A DNA stretch of 64,000 nt from the NCBI GenBank assembly GCA_039588935.1, contig JBDGYW010000001.1, forward strand, positions 13,659-77,658, given 5' to 3'. The DNA is from Gemmatimonadota bacterium. Lineage in GTDB: Bacteria > Gemmatimonadota > Gemmatimonadetes > Gemmatimonadales > GWC2-71-9. Below the pieces are notes generated by a model, which was given only the letters and a program-made list of their open reading frames with translations, was not told the DNA's origin and did no database searches. The translations under genes were made by a program, and so were the position numbers. Of the stretch, positions 45,525 through 53,831 are shown piece by piece. The stretch's first letter is position 1. Every line of letters begins with the position of its first letter.

Positions 45525-45749
45525 CTAGCAGAGGCTCCCGTAGCCGCAGCTACTGAGGCTTCCGAGGCTGCCACCGCCGAGCGTGCCCAGGCCGTCGCTC
45601 GAGAGCGAGCCCAGGCCGCTCGGGGCCTGCTTGCCCGCCGCGGGTGCCGGAAGCTTCGCTGCAGCCTTCTTCTTGTGGACCAAGAAGTAGTAGCCGAGCG
45701 CGAGGCCGGCGAGGCCCAGACCGATCTTGGTTTTCTTGCTGAGTTTCAT
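45525..45749 (-). CDS. N-terminally anchored Gly/Ser-rich small protein (74 aa)
   Basis: Tail of track ORF 45525..46409. ATG 45749 behind CAGGGAGTCAGCA. MKLSKKTKIGLGLAGLALGYYFLV... Confidence 0.6.
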   Translation of the reverse strand: MKLSKKTKIGLGLAGLALGYYFLVHKKKAAAKLPAPAAGKQAPSGLGSLSSDGLGTLGGGSLGSLSSCGYGSLC

Positions 45750-45776
45750 TGCTGACTCCCTGTTGAGCTGACTCGC

Positions 45777-45789
45777 TTGCGACTCGCAG
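45777..45789. promoter_or_regulatory. 13-bp dyad copy TTGCGACTCGCAG
   Basis: Intergenic, between stop 45796 and start 45749. Confidence 0.6.
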
Positions 45790-45795
45790 GCGGTG

Positions 45796-46440
45796 CTACA
45801 TGTTGACGATGCGATAGCCGGGGAAGCCGACGACCAGTGTTCCCTGCGTGGTGGCCGGCGTCTCGACCGAAAAGAGGATCCGCTGATAGATCGGCGTGAA
45901 GTTGACGACGGTGTTCGGCGTCCAGAGCGTCGGCACCGGCAGTGGGATCGCATTGCCCGGCATCGACAGGAGCGGAGGCCGCTCGGAGTTCTGGAAGTTC
46001 CGCTGCGAACCGCCATCGCTGATCTCATAGGAGATCGCGATGATGTCCTCATCGAAGTCGACCGCGCCGTTGGCCTGGTCGGGCAGCGGCCAGCCGGCCC
46101 AGACCGGACGCCAGAAGCCCCAGTAGACACCGTTGGACGGAAGCGACGGATACCACATGCAGACCGGGTAGTGCGTCCCAATGAACGGACCATCCTGCGA
46201 GACCTGCATGGGGATCGGGTTCCCGCGGAGCCCATTCTGGGCGATGGCGAAGGTCTGCTCACCGCAGAGCATGTACTCGACCCGGCGACCCGGGATCTTG
46301 TCGATCTCGTCGGTGATGCTCTTGGGGCCCTTGCGAAGCTCCTCGACCTGTTTGGAGAGCTGGTCGACCTCGGCATTGAGGTTCGCGATGCTCTGCATCG
46401 CCTTACCAATTACTGCTCTTACGTATTCCTGTAGTCCCAT
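45796..46440 (-). CDS. Coiled-coil plus beta-rich protein, candidate capsid/vertex component (214 aa)
   Basis: ORF track 45796..46491 trimmed to ATG 46440, whose first 22 nt match the start of 50389..50850 (MGLQE.V). The C-terminal ~150 aa are beta-rich (ISYEISDGGSQRNFQN...). Confidence 0.65.
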   Translation of the reverse strand: MGLQEYVRAVIGKAMQSIANLNAEVDQLSKQVEELRKGPKSITDEIDKIPGRRVEYMLCGEQTFAIAQNGLRGNPIPMQVSQDGPFIGTHYPVCMWYPSLPSNGVYWGFWRPVWAGWPLPDQANGAVDFDEDIIAISYEISDGGSQRNFQNSERPPLLSMPGNAIPLPVPTLWTPNTVVNFTPIYQRILFSVETPATTQGTLVVGFPGYRIVNM

Positions 46441-46521
46441 TGGGGTACCCCTTGGTCGGGCTTGGGTTGGGGTGGCTTTTGCCCTCGGCATGGCAGGCCC
46501 GAGCTACCTGGCCGGATTCAG

Positions 46522-46534
46522 TTGAGAGTCGTAA
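46522..46534. promoter_or_regulatory. 13-bp dyad copy TTGAGAGTCGTAA
   Basis: Intergenic, 3 nt from the stop codon of 46538..47893. Confidence 0.6.
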
Positions 46535-46537
46535 GTG

Positions 46538-47893
46538 CTAGTCGCTTAACTCCAGAATCGTGCCGAACCGTTGGGCTCGGTAGTGAAGGTCAGAGGAAAG
46601 AAGTGCCAGGTTCGCTGCTGGCGTCCCGGAACCCTTACCCGTGTCGTAGGTGTCCAGCACGTTGGTGCCTTCGCGGATCAAGTAAAGAAACAGGCAGGTC
46701 GATGGCGTTGGGCTGGCCGGCGCGTTGATCACTGCGATCTCCGCAATCTTGTGCTTGTAGATCTCGCCGTTAGCGACCGCCATCGTCGCTGTAAATGGCG
46801 TCCAACTAGCGACGGCTGGCACGGGTGAGAAGTTGACCGGTGCCCAGGTGTAGTAGCCGGAGAAGTAGGCGTTCTCAGTGGACGCTGGATCGGCAAGCGG
46901 CATGACGTGGAGATGGACGCGAACAGCAGTCGTTGTCCTCCACTTGTGGGGAAGCTGGTAGACGTAGTGCAGGCTGTCGTCCTGGTCATGCCGAAAATGG
47001 AGCAGGAGGAGCGCCGTGTCGCGAAACACCTCTTGCGTCAGCGCCGCAGCGCGGTTGCCGATGTCGGGAGCGCCTATGAGGTCGTCCCAGCGGCCCTGCG
47101 TCTGGGCGATCCAATAGCCACCGTCCTGGGCGGCGATGATCTCGAGCCCATCTGGCGTGTACGGGCCGCCGAGTTTGGTGAGCGTGTAGAGGTCGTCCAT
47201 GGTGCGAACGTAAGCGACCGAGCCGTCCTTGAGAGGGTCGGAGTTTACGTTTCCAAGCGCAGTCACGTCCTCGACATTGATGAGCGTCTCTCCGTCGTTG
47301 CCGGACACGGGCGGGTTGACGGCCACGGTGTAGACAACAGGCGTGCCGCTGCTTCCACCGCTTCGTCTGACGCGCATGTACTGCGCGACGATCGATCTAC
47401 TGAAGTGCCCGGGCTCTGCGAAGCTCTCGATTTCCTGCCATGCCGTGTTGTCCTGGCTGATCTCAATATGGACCGTGCCCGCAGTCAGGGTGCCCCCAAT
47501 GACAACCGTATTGAAGGTGCCGAGGGCACTCACGTCGGAAGCTGCGCCCGCACCGTCTCCGGCGGGCACGACGAGCTGGGCATACTGAGTGCCGTCGTTC
47601 GTTGCACCTACATCCACGTTCGCAGTCAGGACCATGCCGGTGCCGGCGAGAAATCCAGAGATGCGAACGCGCATGTAGCGCGCAGCGAGCTCAAAGGTCT
47701 TCTGCCCTGGTTTCGAGAAGGTCCAGAGCGGTCGCCAGTTCGCGTTGTCCGGCGAGAATTCGATCGTGAGCGCGGGGCCGGAGAGGCCGCCGCCGATTGT
47801 AATCGTCTTGACGCGCCCCATAATGGACACATCAGTCGACGCACCGACGCCATCGGCGGCGGGTACGGCGAGGTTGACGAAAACGTTCGACAC
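46538..47893 (-). CDS. Fibre/adhesin family member D (451 aa)
   Basis: ORF track. GTG start. MSNVFVNLAVPAADGVGAS, the same two N-terminal repeats (YMRVRISG / YMRVRRSG), and a unique C-terminal ~250 aa. Confidence 0.85.
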   Translation of the reverse strand: MSNVFVNLAVPAADGVGASTDVSIMGRVKTITIGGGLSGPALTIEFSPDNANWRPLWTFSKPGQKTFELAARYMRVRISGFLAGTGMVLTANVDVGATNDGTQYAQLVVPAGDGAGAASDVSALGTFNTVVIGGTLTAGTVHIEISQDNTAWQEIESFAEPGHFSRSIVAQYMRVRRSGGSSGTPVVYTVAVNPPVSGNDGETLINVEDVTALGNVNSDPLKDGSVAYVRTMDDLYTLTKLGGPYTPDGLEIIAAQDGGYWIAQTQGRWDDLIGAPDIGNRAAALTQEVFRDTALLLLHFRHDQDDSLHYVYQLPHKWRTTTAVRVHLHVMPLADPASTENAYFSGYYTWAPVNFSPVPAVASWTPFTATMAVANGEIYKHKIAEIAVINAPASPTPSTCLFLYLIREGTNVLDTYDTGKGSGTPAANLALLSSDLHYRAQRFGTILELSD

Positions 47894-47906
47894 TTGCGAC
47901 TCTCAA
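47894..47906. promoter_or_regulatory. 13-bp dyad copy (minus-strand reading TTGAGAGTCGCAA)
   Basis: Ends exactly at GTG start 47893. No SD. Confidence 0.7.
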
Positions 47907-47947
47907 TATAAGAACGGCCGCCCCTCCACCAAGGGAGAGGCGGCCGT
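47905..47947 (-). terminator. Rho-independent terminator downstream of the candidate major capsid gene
   Basis: 14-bp stem 47914-47927 / 47934-47947 with 1 mismatch and a 6-nt loop. On the minus strand it is followed by TCTTATATT. Confidence 0.6.
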
Positions 47948-47987
47948 GCCAGTCAGGTGGAGTGAACTAGCTGACCGACAGCAAGCT

Positions 47988-48569
47988 CTACTGGACGTCT
48001 CGGGTCTGGAGGCCGTCGATCATGAACATGATGACCTTCTGGTCATCGGTCGCACCGCTGTTCAGGATCGTCAGCGCGTTCGTCGCCCCGATCGCGAAGA
48101 ACTCCATGTTCACGTTGAAGTTCTGGCGCACGGGCACGACGATGGGACGGGCCAGCTTGAGGATCGCCTCCTGGCTCGGTTCACCGAGGTTGAAGATCGA
48201 AGTCGCGCTGGTGCCGTCGAAGCCCCAGAGGCCGCCGCCCGTCGGTACGTACCAGATGGGCGCCTGGAACTGAGGCTTATCGCCCAAATTCAAGGTGAAG
48301 TACAGCTGCGAGGTGACCTGCACGTAGTTCTGGCGATGGTTGGTGCCCTCGAAGAAGAGGTAGCAACGTAGCGACAGAATCACATATGTTTGATCCGATG
48401 CCAACTGGCCAGCCACCTGCAGATTGGTGAGTGCTAGCGTCCCCACGTTGGCGTTGCCAAACAGTCGGGTGCTCGCACCGATCGCGGTTGCGGGGTTGCC
48501 AGTGGTGCGGACGAGGGTGTCCCAGAAGGGCTGGTGGCGGCGTTCGCGTACGCCATGAAGTCTCGGCAT
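47988..48569 (-). CDS. Candidate major capsid protein, small beta-rich (193 aa)
   Basis: ORF track. AGGAGAGAAAA-ATG RBS. Dyad copy upstream and a strong terminator downstream. Beta-strand-like alternating pattern (TYVILSLRCYLFF, LYFTLNL, FNVNMEFFAIG). The function is inferred. Confidence 0.6.
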   Translation of the reverse strand: MPRLHGVRERRHQPFWDTLVRTTGNPATAIGASTRLFGNANVGTLALTNLQVAGQLASDQTYVILSLRCYLFFEGTNHRQNYVQVTSQLYFTLNLGDKPQFQAPIWYVPTGGGLWGFDGTSATSIFNLGEPSQEAILKLARPIVVPVRQNFNVNMEFFAIGATNALTILNSGATDDQKVIMFMIDGLQTRDVQ

Positions 48570-48590
48570 TTTTCTCTCCTGTACGTAGTG

Positions 48591-48603
48591 TTTCGGCTCT
48601 AAA
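48591..48603. promoter_or_regulatory. 13-bp dyad copy (minus-strand reading TTTAGAGCCGAAA)
   Basis: Intergenic, 21 nt upstream of ATG 48569 and just upstream of its RBS. Confidence 0.6.
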
Positions 48604-48681
48604 GCCAGGTCGGGTGTCGTCCCGCCTTGGGTTGATGGCGTGAGGGAGTCGAAAGGGAGGAGTCAGGAGGGAAACGCGAGC

Positions 48682-50211
48682 CTAGAAGCCGCCCGCGAAG
48701 ATTCCGGTGTAGAGGTTGGCCATCTTGTCGTAGCCGGGGCCGACCTTCGGCACCTGGCGCACGAAGCTGCGAGAGGGCACCGGGGCGACCATCGCGCGAC
48801 GCGGGACGGCCTTGAGCATGGCGGGGTTCTGCGTGCCGATGCCGGTGCCGATGTTGGAGCCGCCGAGCGCTTCCTCGAAGCCCTCGCCCATCTCCTCCAT
48901 CATGCCGAGCTCCTCTTCGGCGCCCATGTCGATGTACTCGCCCATCTCCTCCTCGTAGCCGCCGACATCGATGTACTCGCCGACGTCCACGTACTCGCCC
49001 ATGGCCGAGTCGTAGATGCCCTCGTCACCGGACAGACCGATGGTGCCGAGCCAGTTCGCCGGCACGTACGAGGTGAGGACGATCTCGATGAAGTTCAGGC
49101 CGAGGCCCATGAGGACTTCCTGCCGGTACTTCCGCAGGAGTGCCACCTTCTTGGTGGCGAAGCTGCCCGCGAGCAGCATCAGGCCGGCGCCGGCCGGCGC
49201 CGCGTGCTGGCCGAGGCTCGAGAGTCCGGGGACCATCGGGAGGACTTTGCGAGCCACAACCCGGCCACCGTACATCGCCGCGGCGACGGGGATCGCCTTC
49301 TTGACGGCATCGACGACGCCACCCTGGACGTTCGCGCGCATCTTGTAGCGGCGCATGAAGGCCTTGGAGCCGGAGCTGCCGTGAGCCTTCTGGAACTTGA
49401 TGGTCTTGCGAGCGCGCTTCACGCTCTTGGAGACGCGGCGCTTGCCCTTCCACTTCCGGCTCTTGAACTTCCGCTTCAGGCTCTTGCGATGGGCCTTGCG
49501 GGTGCGACGCCAGGACTTGATCGCCTTGGTTCCGCCTTTCCGCTTTCGCTTGCGCCATCCCTTGAGGGCCGCACGCCGACGAGCGGCCTTGGTCGTCTTG
49601 CTCTTCTTCTTGGCCACAGTCTTCCTCCTGGTGGTCTTGGCGGCGGTCTTCCTCTTGGTTGTCTTCCGCCTGGTCGTGGTGGTCTTGCGGGCCCGCTTCT
49701 TCGCGGTGGCTTTCCGCTTCCGGGTCGCGGCGGCCTTCTTGGCGGCGGCGCTCCGCTTGCGAGCCTTCGTGGCCCGGGTCGCGGCGGCCTTCTTGGCGGC
49801 GCGCTTCCGCATGGCGGAGATGGCGCGCGGCGTCTTGGCCTTCTTGGCGGTCTTCCGCTTCTTGGCCGGCTTCCGCTTCTTGCCTCCCCAAGTCGCGCCC
49901 TTCGTGATGCGCGGCTTGTACTTGGCCTTCATCTTCACGCCGACCGGGTTTTTGCGACGAGCCTTCGCGAGACTCTTGAGCCGGGCCTTGCGAGCAGCGC
50001 CGTGCAGCTTGCTCAGCGGGGTCTTCCGCTTGGCCACTTTTCGTTTGGCCTTGGGCATTCGCTTCCCTCCTGGGTTCTTGACAGACTGAGGAACTCCCGG
50101 CGGTCGACCTTTCCTAACGGGCTTGCGTCGGCCCGAGGCAGCCTTCTGCTTCGGGATGTACCGTTTCGTCGATCGTCGCGTAGTTCGCGGGTTGACGTAG
50201 AAAAGGGGCAT
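48682..50211 (-). CDS. Hyper-basic protein (509 aa): ~300-aa K/R/A/T low-complexity region, hydrophobic core, acidic tract, C-terminal TGIFAGGF
   Basis: ORF track. Repeated KKAA.TRK.K motifs. The C-terminal ~200 aa are paralogous to 18105..18767. Confidence 0.75.
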   Translation of the reverse strand: MPLFYVNPRTTRRSTKRYIPKQKAASGRRKPVRKGRPPGVPQSVKNPGGKRMPKAKRKVAKRKTPLSKLHGAARKARLKSLAKARRKNPVGVKMKAKYKPRITKGATWGGKKRKPAKKRKTAKKAKTPRAISAMRKRAAKKAAATRATKARKRSAAAKKAAATRKRKATAKKRARKTTTTRRKTTKRKTAAKTTRRKTVAKKKSKTTKAARRRAALKGWRKRKRKGGTKAIKSWRRTRKAHRKSLKRKFKSRKWKGKRRVSKSVKRARKTIKFQKAHGSSGSKAFMRRYKMRANVQGGVVDAVKKAIPVAAAMYGGRVVARKVLPMVPGLSSLGQHAAPAGAGLMLLAGSFATKKVALLRKYRQEVLMGLGLNFIEIVLTSYVPANWLGTIGLSGDEGIYDSAMGEYVDVGEYIDVGGYEEEMGEYIDMGAEEELGMMEEMGEGFEEALGGSNIGTGIGTQNPAMLKAVPRRAMVAPVPSRSFVRQVPKVGPGYDKMANLYTGIFAGGF

Positions 50212-50327
50212 TCGATCCGACTTGCGTTAGGTTGTGTCGTCCGAGCCGGAGAGCCCCCTGACGAGTAGCCTCGATGATGCGGGAGAAAGTCGTGACCTGT
50301 CAAGGACTTCGGGCGCGCCCGGGCGAC

Positions 50328-50340
50328 TTGCGACTCTCAA
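50328..50340. promoter_or_regulatory. 13-bp dyad copy (minus-strand reading TTGAGAGTCGCAA)
   Basis: In the 177-nt spacer upstream of 48682..50211. On the minus strand a TTGACA hexamer (50303-50298) follows about 24 nt downstream. Confidence 0.65.
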
Positions 50341-50388
50341 CAGGGCCAGCGTGTAGGCCCCGGAGTGAAACACCAGTGCTAGCGGTTT

Positions 50389-50850
50389 TCAGCGTCCGCG
50401 GCGCCGCAAAAGAAGGTCGAGTTTTTCAGTGTTGGTCTGCTGCGACTGTTTGATCAGGCCCTGTTCGGTCCTCACATCCTTTATAAGGCCCTTCTGCTCG
50501 CCGATCTCACCGCGCAGTTCACTGATATCCCGGCGCGTCGTCTCATGACCGTTTTTGTCGTGTTGGATCATCACGTCGCGGAGCTGCGAGGTGGTCGGCC
50601 TGTCCGCGAGCATGCTCGAGAGCGCCCACAGCGCGCCTGACAGAATCACGAAGGCACCGAAGGTGATCGACACGACCCGCAAGATCGATGGCGGCTTCGG
50701 TGTGGTCTTATGCTCCACTTCCGTGATCCTGGCGTCCTGCTTGGAGAAGACCTCGCTGCCGTTCTCAAGCCGGACTCGGTGCTCCACTGCGGCGTCTCGT
50801 AGTTTTCTAACTGCGAGCTGCAAACCAGCCACGTCTTCCTGTAGTCCCAT
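50389..50850 (-). CDS. Coiled-coil single-pass membrane protein (153 aa)
   Basis: ORF track. N-terminus MGLQEDV. TM segment ILRVVSITFGAFVILSGALWALSSML. Confidence 0.7.
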   Translation of the reverse strand: MGLQEDVAGLQLAVRKLRDAAVEHRVRLENGSEVFSKQDARITEVEHKTTPKPPSILRVVSITFGAFVILSGALWALSSMLADRPTTSQLRDVMIQHDKNGHETTRRDISELRGEIGEQKGLIKDVRTEQGLIKQSQQTNTEKLDLLLRRRGR

Positions 50851-50856
50851 TGACGA

Positions 50857-51345
50857 TCATCCCACGAGGCCCTGCGGTTTCCAATCGAGTTCTCCACCCC
50901 AGATGATCGCTACGAGTTTCCGGCGGTTGCGAATGAGCAAGAGGGCCTTCCCCTGTGGGTGCCAGTACCACTTGCAGCCTGCCGCCGTCGCGTCAACGAG
51001 CTCCCCGTCTCCCCCCCGATACCCAAATCCGAGAGCCTTCTTATTCAGACCCACCAGCGTCGTGTTGTCGCAGATTCGTTTCGGAACCCGACGCTTGCGA
51101 GAGGTTTTCTGACCTACCAGCCCAACAACGACGCGCGGAAAGGACTCGATGTCATGCACGTAGTCGTGCGTGCCGTCCTTCCACTTGTCGCTGCGGTAGG
51201 TCACATAGACACAGGGCCCTGCGTAGTAGACAGAAGTAGGGATCGCGACGCTCGACGGGAGGCGTTTGGCGTCCTTCACGTCGTAGGCGTGGAAGTCCTC
51301 GAACAGCCTAATAGCCCTGCGAAAGCCTGGCGGGCAGCTGGGCAT
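50857..51345 (-). CDS. Hypothetical protein (162 aa)
   Basis: ORF track. YVTYRSDKWKDGTHDYVHD motif. No family assigned. Confidence 0.7.
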   Translation of the reverse strand: MPSCPPGFRRAIRLFEDFHAYDVKDAKRLPSSVAIPTSVYYAGPCVYVTYRSDKWKDGTHDYVHDIESFPRVVVGLVGQKTSRKRRVPKRICDNTTLVGLNKKALGFGYRGGDGELVDATAAGCKWYWHPQGKALLLIRNRRKLVAIIWGGELDWKPQGLVG

Positions 51346-51678
51346 CTACTTCTTGGCTTCCTCGCTGAACACGTACTTCCAGAGGAGGTAGCCGGCGATC
51401 CCGAGCATAAGCAATTCCTTGTTGCTGATGTCGAGGGTGATTCCCGCGAGCGGATTGCCGCTCTTGCGAGTCGCAATCGAGCCCCTTGGATAGAGTCCTT
51501 TTCCGATCAAGACAGCCCCCATGGGTAGCGGTTGTGCGGCGTCGTCGGGCGCAACGCCCAGTTTTCCTCCGCCGCGGATCTTCGGTTTCTTGGCGAACAC
51601 TCCGTCGCGCAGCTCTCCAGAGGCGCGATAGTAATCGTAGCCCTTGCCATTCCAAACGGAGTAGTCGGCCATGATCAT
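51346..51678 (-). CDS. C-terminally anchored membrane protein (110 aa)
   Basis: Tail of track ORF 51346..52449. ATG 51678 (ATGA overlap). TM segment LLMLGIAGYLLWKYVF. Confidence 0.65.
   Translation of the reverse strand: MIMADYSVWNGKGYDYYRASGELRDGVFAKKPKIRGGGKLGVAPDDAAQPLPMGAVLIGKGLYPRGSIATRKSGNPLAGITLDISNKELLMLGIAGYLLWKYVFSEEAKK
51464..51476. repeat. 13-bp dyad, perfect palindrome TTGCGAGTCGCAA
   Basis: Inside CDS 51346..51678 (coding strand ATT GCG ACT CGC AAG). Confidence 0.75.
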
Positions 51679-51908
51679 CTCCCGCCGATCGCGTCGACGA
51701 CGGTTCGGTCGAAGAAGGTCTTCCCGCGCTTGTCCTTGCGGATGAAGACCAGGTAGGCGCCGATCCCGAGGAACGCGAGCGGCAGCACCGACCCTGCGAG
51801 CTTCGCATCCCCGAACTGCATCATCGGCGGCTTCGTCGATGGCATTGGGTAGCCCTTCCAGTTGTACTCGTATTGGTAGGGCTGGGCTCCGTATCTGTAG
51901 TAGCGCAT
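51675..51908 (-). CDS. Tyr-rich single-pass membrane protein (77 aa)
   Basis: ORF track. MRYYRYGAQPYQYEYNWKGY. TM segment LAGSVLPLAFLGIGAYLVFI. Confidence 0.65.
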   Translation of the reverse strand: MRYYRYGAQPYQYEYNWKGYPMPSTKPPMMQFGDAKLAGSVLPLAFLGIGAYLVFIRKDKRGKTFFDRTVVDAIGGR

Positions 51909-51917
51909 CGCGCCCTC

Positions 51918-52823
51918 CTAGAAGATGCCCTTGAGGAGCTTGGGTGGCTTGAGCTTCTTGCCCTTCTTCTTGGACTCGTAGTAGTAGAGACCACCGACGA
52001 CCGCCAGGCCGATGCCGACCAGGGCGAGGTTGCTCTGCTGCACGCGCTGGAGCAGCGGCAAACCCGCGACGATCTGATCGCGGGGCGGGTTCACGACACC
52101 GCCGGTGCCAGACGGGGGCGCCTTCGGCGGAGGCGACGGGACCTTGGTCGCGACGTTGAGCTGGTTGGCCTGACTGTGGAGTTTCTCCATCGCGAGGTCG
52201 GCCGTCAGTGCCAAACCATCGACATCGGAGAAGGTCGGCGCGGGGATCTTTGCCAGGCACTTGTTCACGAGCGACAGCGTACCGGACCCGAGGCGCCCAT
52301 CCACCGCGATGCGAGACCAACCATAGGAGCTGGCAACCCGATTGGCCTGATTCTGCACGGCCTTGAAGAGGTTCGCGGTCTCGATCGTCATCGGCAGAAC
52401 GATGCCGCGAATCGGTTTGCAGTTGCCCTGCGGGTTCTTCGTGCTGCACCAGTTGGGCTGCAAGACGAGGCCCATCGAAGAGTAGCCCATGCCCATTGCT
52501 CCAGTCGGCGACGCGGAGTGGTTGCCTCGGTACAGCACGTCGCCATAGAGCTGCAGCCAGGTTTTGGATTTCCAGTTCGGACCGCTGAGTTCCCGCATCG
52601 CAGCGGCAGTGGCCTTGTCTACGAAACCGTCCTGGCGGTTTGGGTAGCCAAGCGTCGCCAGCTTGTGCTGAAGCGTCTCCACGATCATGATCGTCACCGG
52701 ATTGTAGACGTCCGTGGTGGCAGCCATCAGCCAGAGCTGCGGGACGGCCATCCCGGCATTCACGCGATCCATCCCCATTTCCATGGCGACGGTCACGGCA
52801 TCGTAGGTGTCATAGTCGGACAT
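51918..52823 (-). CDS. Membrane-anchored protein with two peptidoglycan-binding-like repeats (301 aa)
   Basis: ORF track 51918..52850 trimmed to ATG 52823 behind AAGGAG. LQHKLATLGYPNRQDGFVDKATAAAMREL resembles PG_binding_1. C-terminal TM segment ALVGIGLAVVGGLYYY followed by KKKGKK. Confidence 0.65.
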   Translation of the reverse strand: MSDYDTYDAVTVAMEMGMDRVNAGMAVPQLWLMAATTDVYNPVTIMIVETLQHKLATLGYPNRQDGFVDKATAAAMRELSGPNWKSKTWLQLYGDVLYRGNHSASPTGAMGMGYSSMGLVLQPNWCSTKNPQGNCKPIRGIVLPMTIETANLFKAVQNQANRVASSYGWSRIAVDGRLGSGTLSLVNKCLAKIPAPTFSDVDGLALTADLAMEKLHSQANQLNVATKVPSPPPKAPPSGTGGVVNPPRDQIVAGLPLLQRVQQSNLALVGIGLAVVGGLYYYESKKKGKKLKPPKLLKGIF

Positions 52824-52833
52824 CGATTGCTCC

Positions 52834-53823
52834 TTACTTGAGAGCCACAACCGCGATCAGGAGGACCGCTCCGCCTGCCACCAGGACTGGAACGAGCGGG
52901 AAGGGTTTCGCCGGGGCGGCATAGGCAGCACCGGGCTGGTCCGCACAGGCCGACGCGACCAGGTTTGCACCCTTCTGGCCAACCTCCGGCGGTGCGCCGG
53001 CTGCCGCGGCACCTCCGGAAGCAGCGAGCTGGCCCACCCTCGAGCCAGCGACATTGCAGGCCAGGCTACCGATCGAGCTGATGACCCCCTTGCCCCATTC
53101 GGCGGCCTTCATACCGGCAGGCGCCGCGGTCGCGGTCGCCTTGCTTACGCCCTTCGCAACCCAGGACAGCGGGTTGTACCAGGCGCCGAGTGCGCCCTGC
53201 ATGCCCTCCAGGACGACGATCTCGGAGGCCTCCCCGTAGGCGGCCAGGCCGAGCATCGACTTGACCTCGACACGGCCGGTCTGGCCGGCCCGGATGAACT
53301 CCTCAAGAAGGCCCATCGAGGTACTCGCGGCGATCGCCTGGTGGAGCGCGTGCTTCGGCGGCAAACCTTGTCGCTCGAACTTCCTACCCTGTGCGGCGAC
53401 GCGGCCCCAGAGCTTCGGATCGAGCTGATCGAAGACTGCCTTGAGGGCTGGCTTTCGCTCCTCGACTGGAAGCTGCCGGATGCTCGACATGATGCGGCTG
53501 GCCACCTGCTGTCCAAAGTTGGCGATCGGGTCCTTGCCCTGAACTGCGCCGGGCTCGTCGTCGCCCAGATACTTCGGGACCAGGACGTCGATGGATTTCC
53601 GCGGGTAGTACTTCGTGCGGTGAACCCCACGCCCGATCGGCTCCTGGCCAACGTAGTTCGGATAGGCGTAGCCCGGCTGCCACGGTGTCGGGATCGCTGG
53701 GTTGTCGATGCTCTTGCGACGCCGATACTTCGTGGTCGCCGTGCCGCGGCCAGGTGGCTCTGCCATCACATAGTCGGGAATAGCGTACTGCCCATCCCAC
53801 GGGTGCGGTTTGCGAAAGAACAT
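52834..53823 (-). CDS. C-terminally anchored protein with an N-terminal duplicated 28-aa motif (329 aa)
   Basis: ORF track. YAIPDYVMAEPPGRGTATTKYRRRKSID / YAYPNYVGQEPIGRGVHRTKYYPRKSID. TM segment LVPVLVAGGAVLLIAVVAL. Confidence 0.7.
   Translation of the reverse strand: MFFRKPHPWDGQYAIPDYVMAEPPGRGTATTKYRRRKSIDNPAIPTPWQPGYAYPNYVGQEPIGRGVHRTKYYPRKSIDVLVPKYLGDDEPGAVQGKDPIANFGQQVASRIMSSIRQLPVEERKPALKAVFDQLDPKLWGRVAAQGRKFERQGLPPKHALHQAIAASTSMGLLEEFIRAGQTGRVEVKSMLGLAAYGEASEIVVLEGMQGALGAWYNPLSWVAKGVSKATATAAPAGMKAAEWGKGVISSIGSLACNVAGSRVGQLAASGGAAAAGAPPEVGQKGANLVASACADQPGAAYAAPAKPFPLVPVLVAGGAVLLIAVVALK
52838..52850. promoter_or_regulatory. 13-bp dyad copy TTGAGAGCCACAA
   Basis: In the last codons of 52834..53823. 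On the minus strand it reads TTGTGGCTCTCAA-GT-AAGGAG, directly upstream of the RBS of 51918..52823. Confidence 0.6.
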
Positions 53824-53831
53824 GGATCCTC

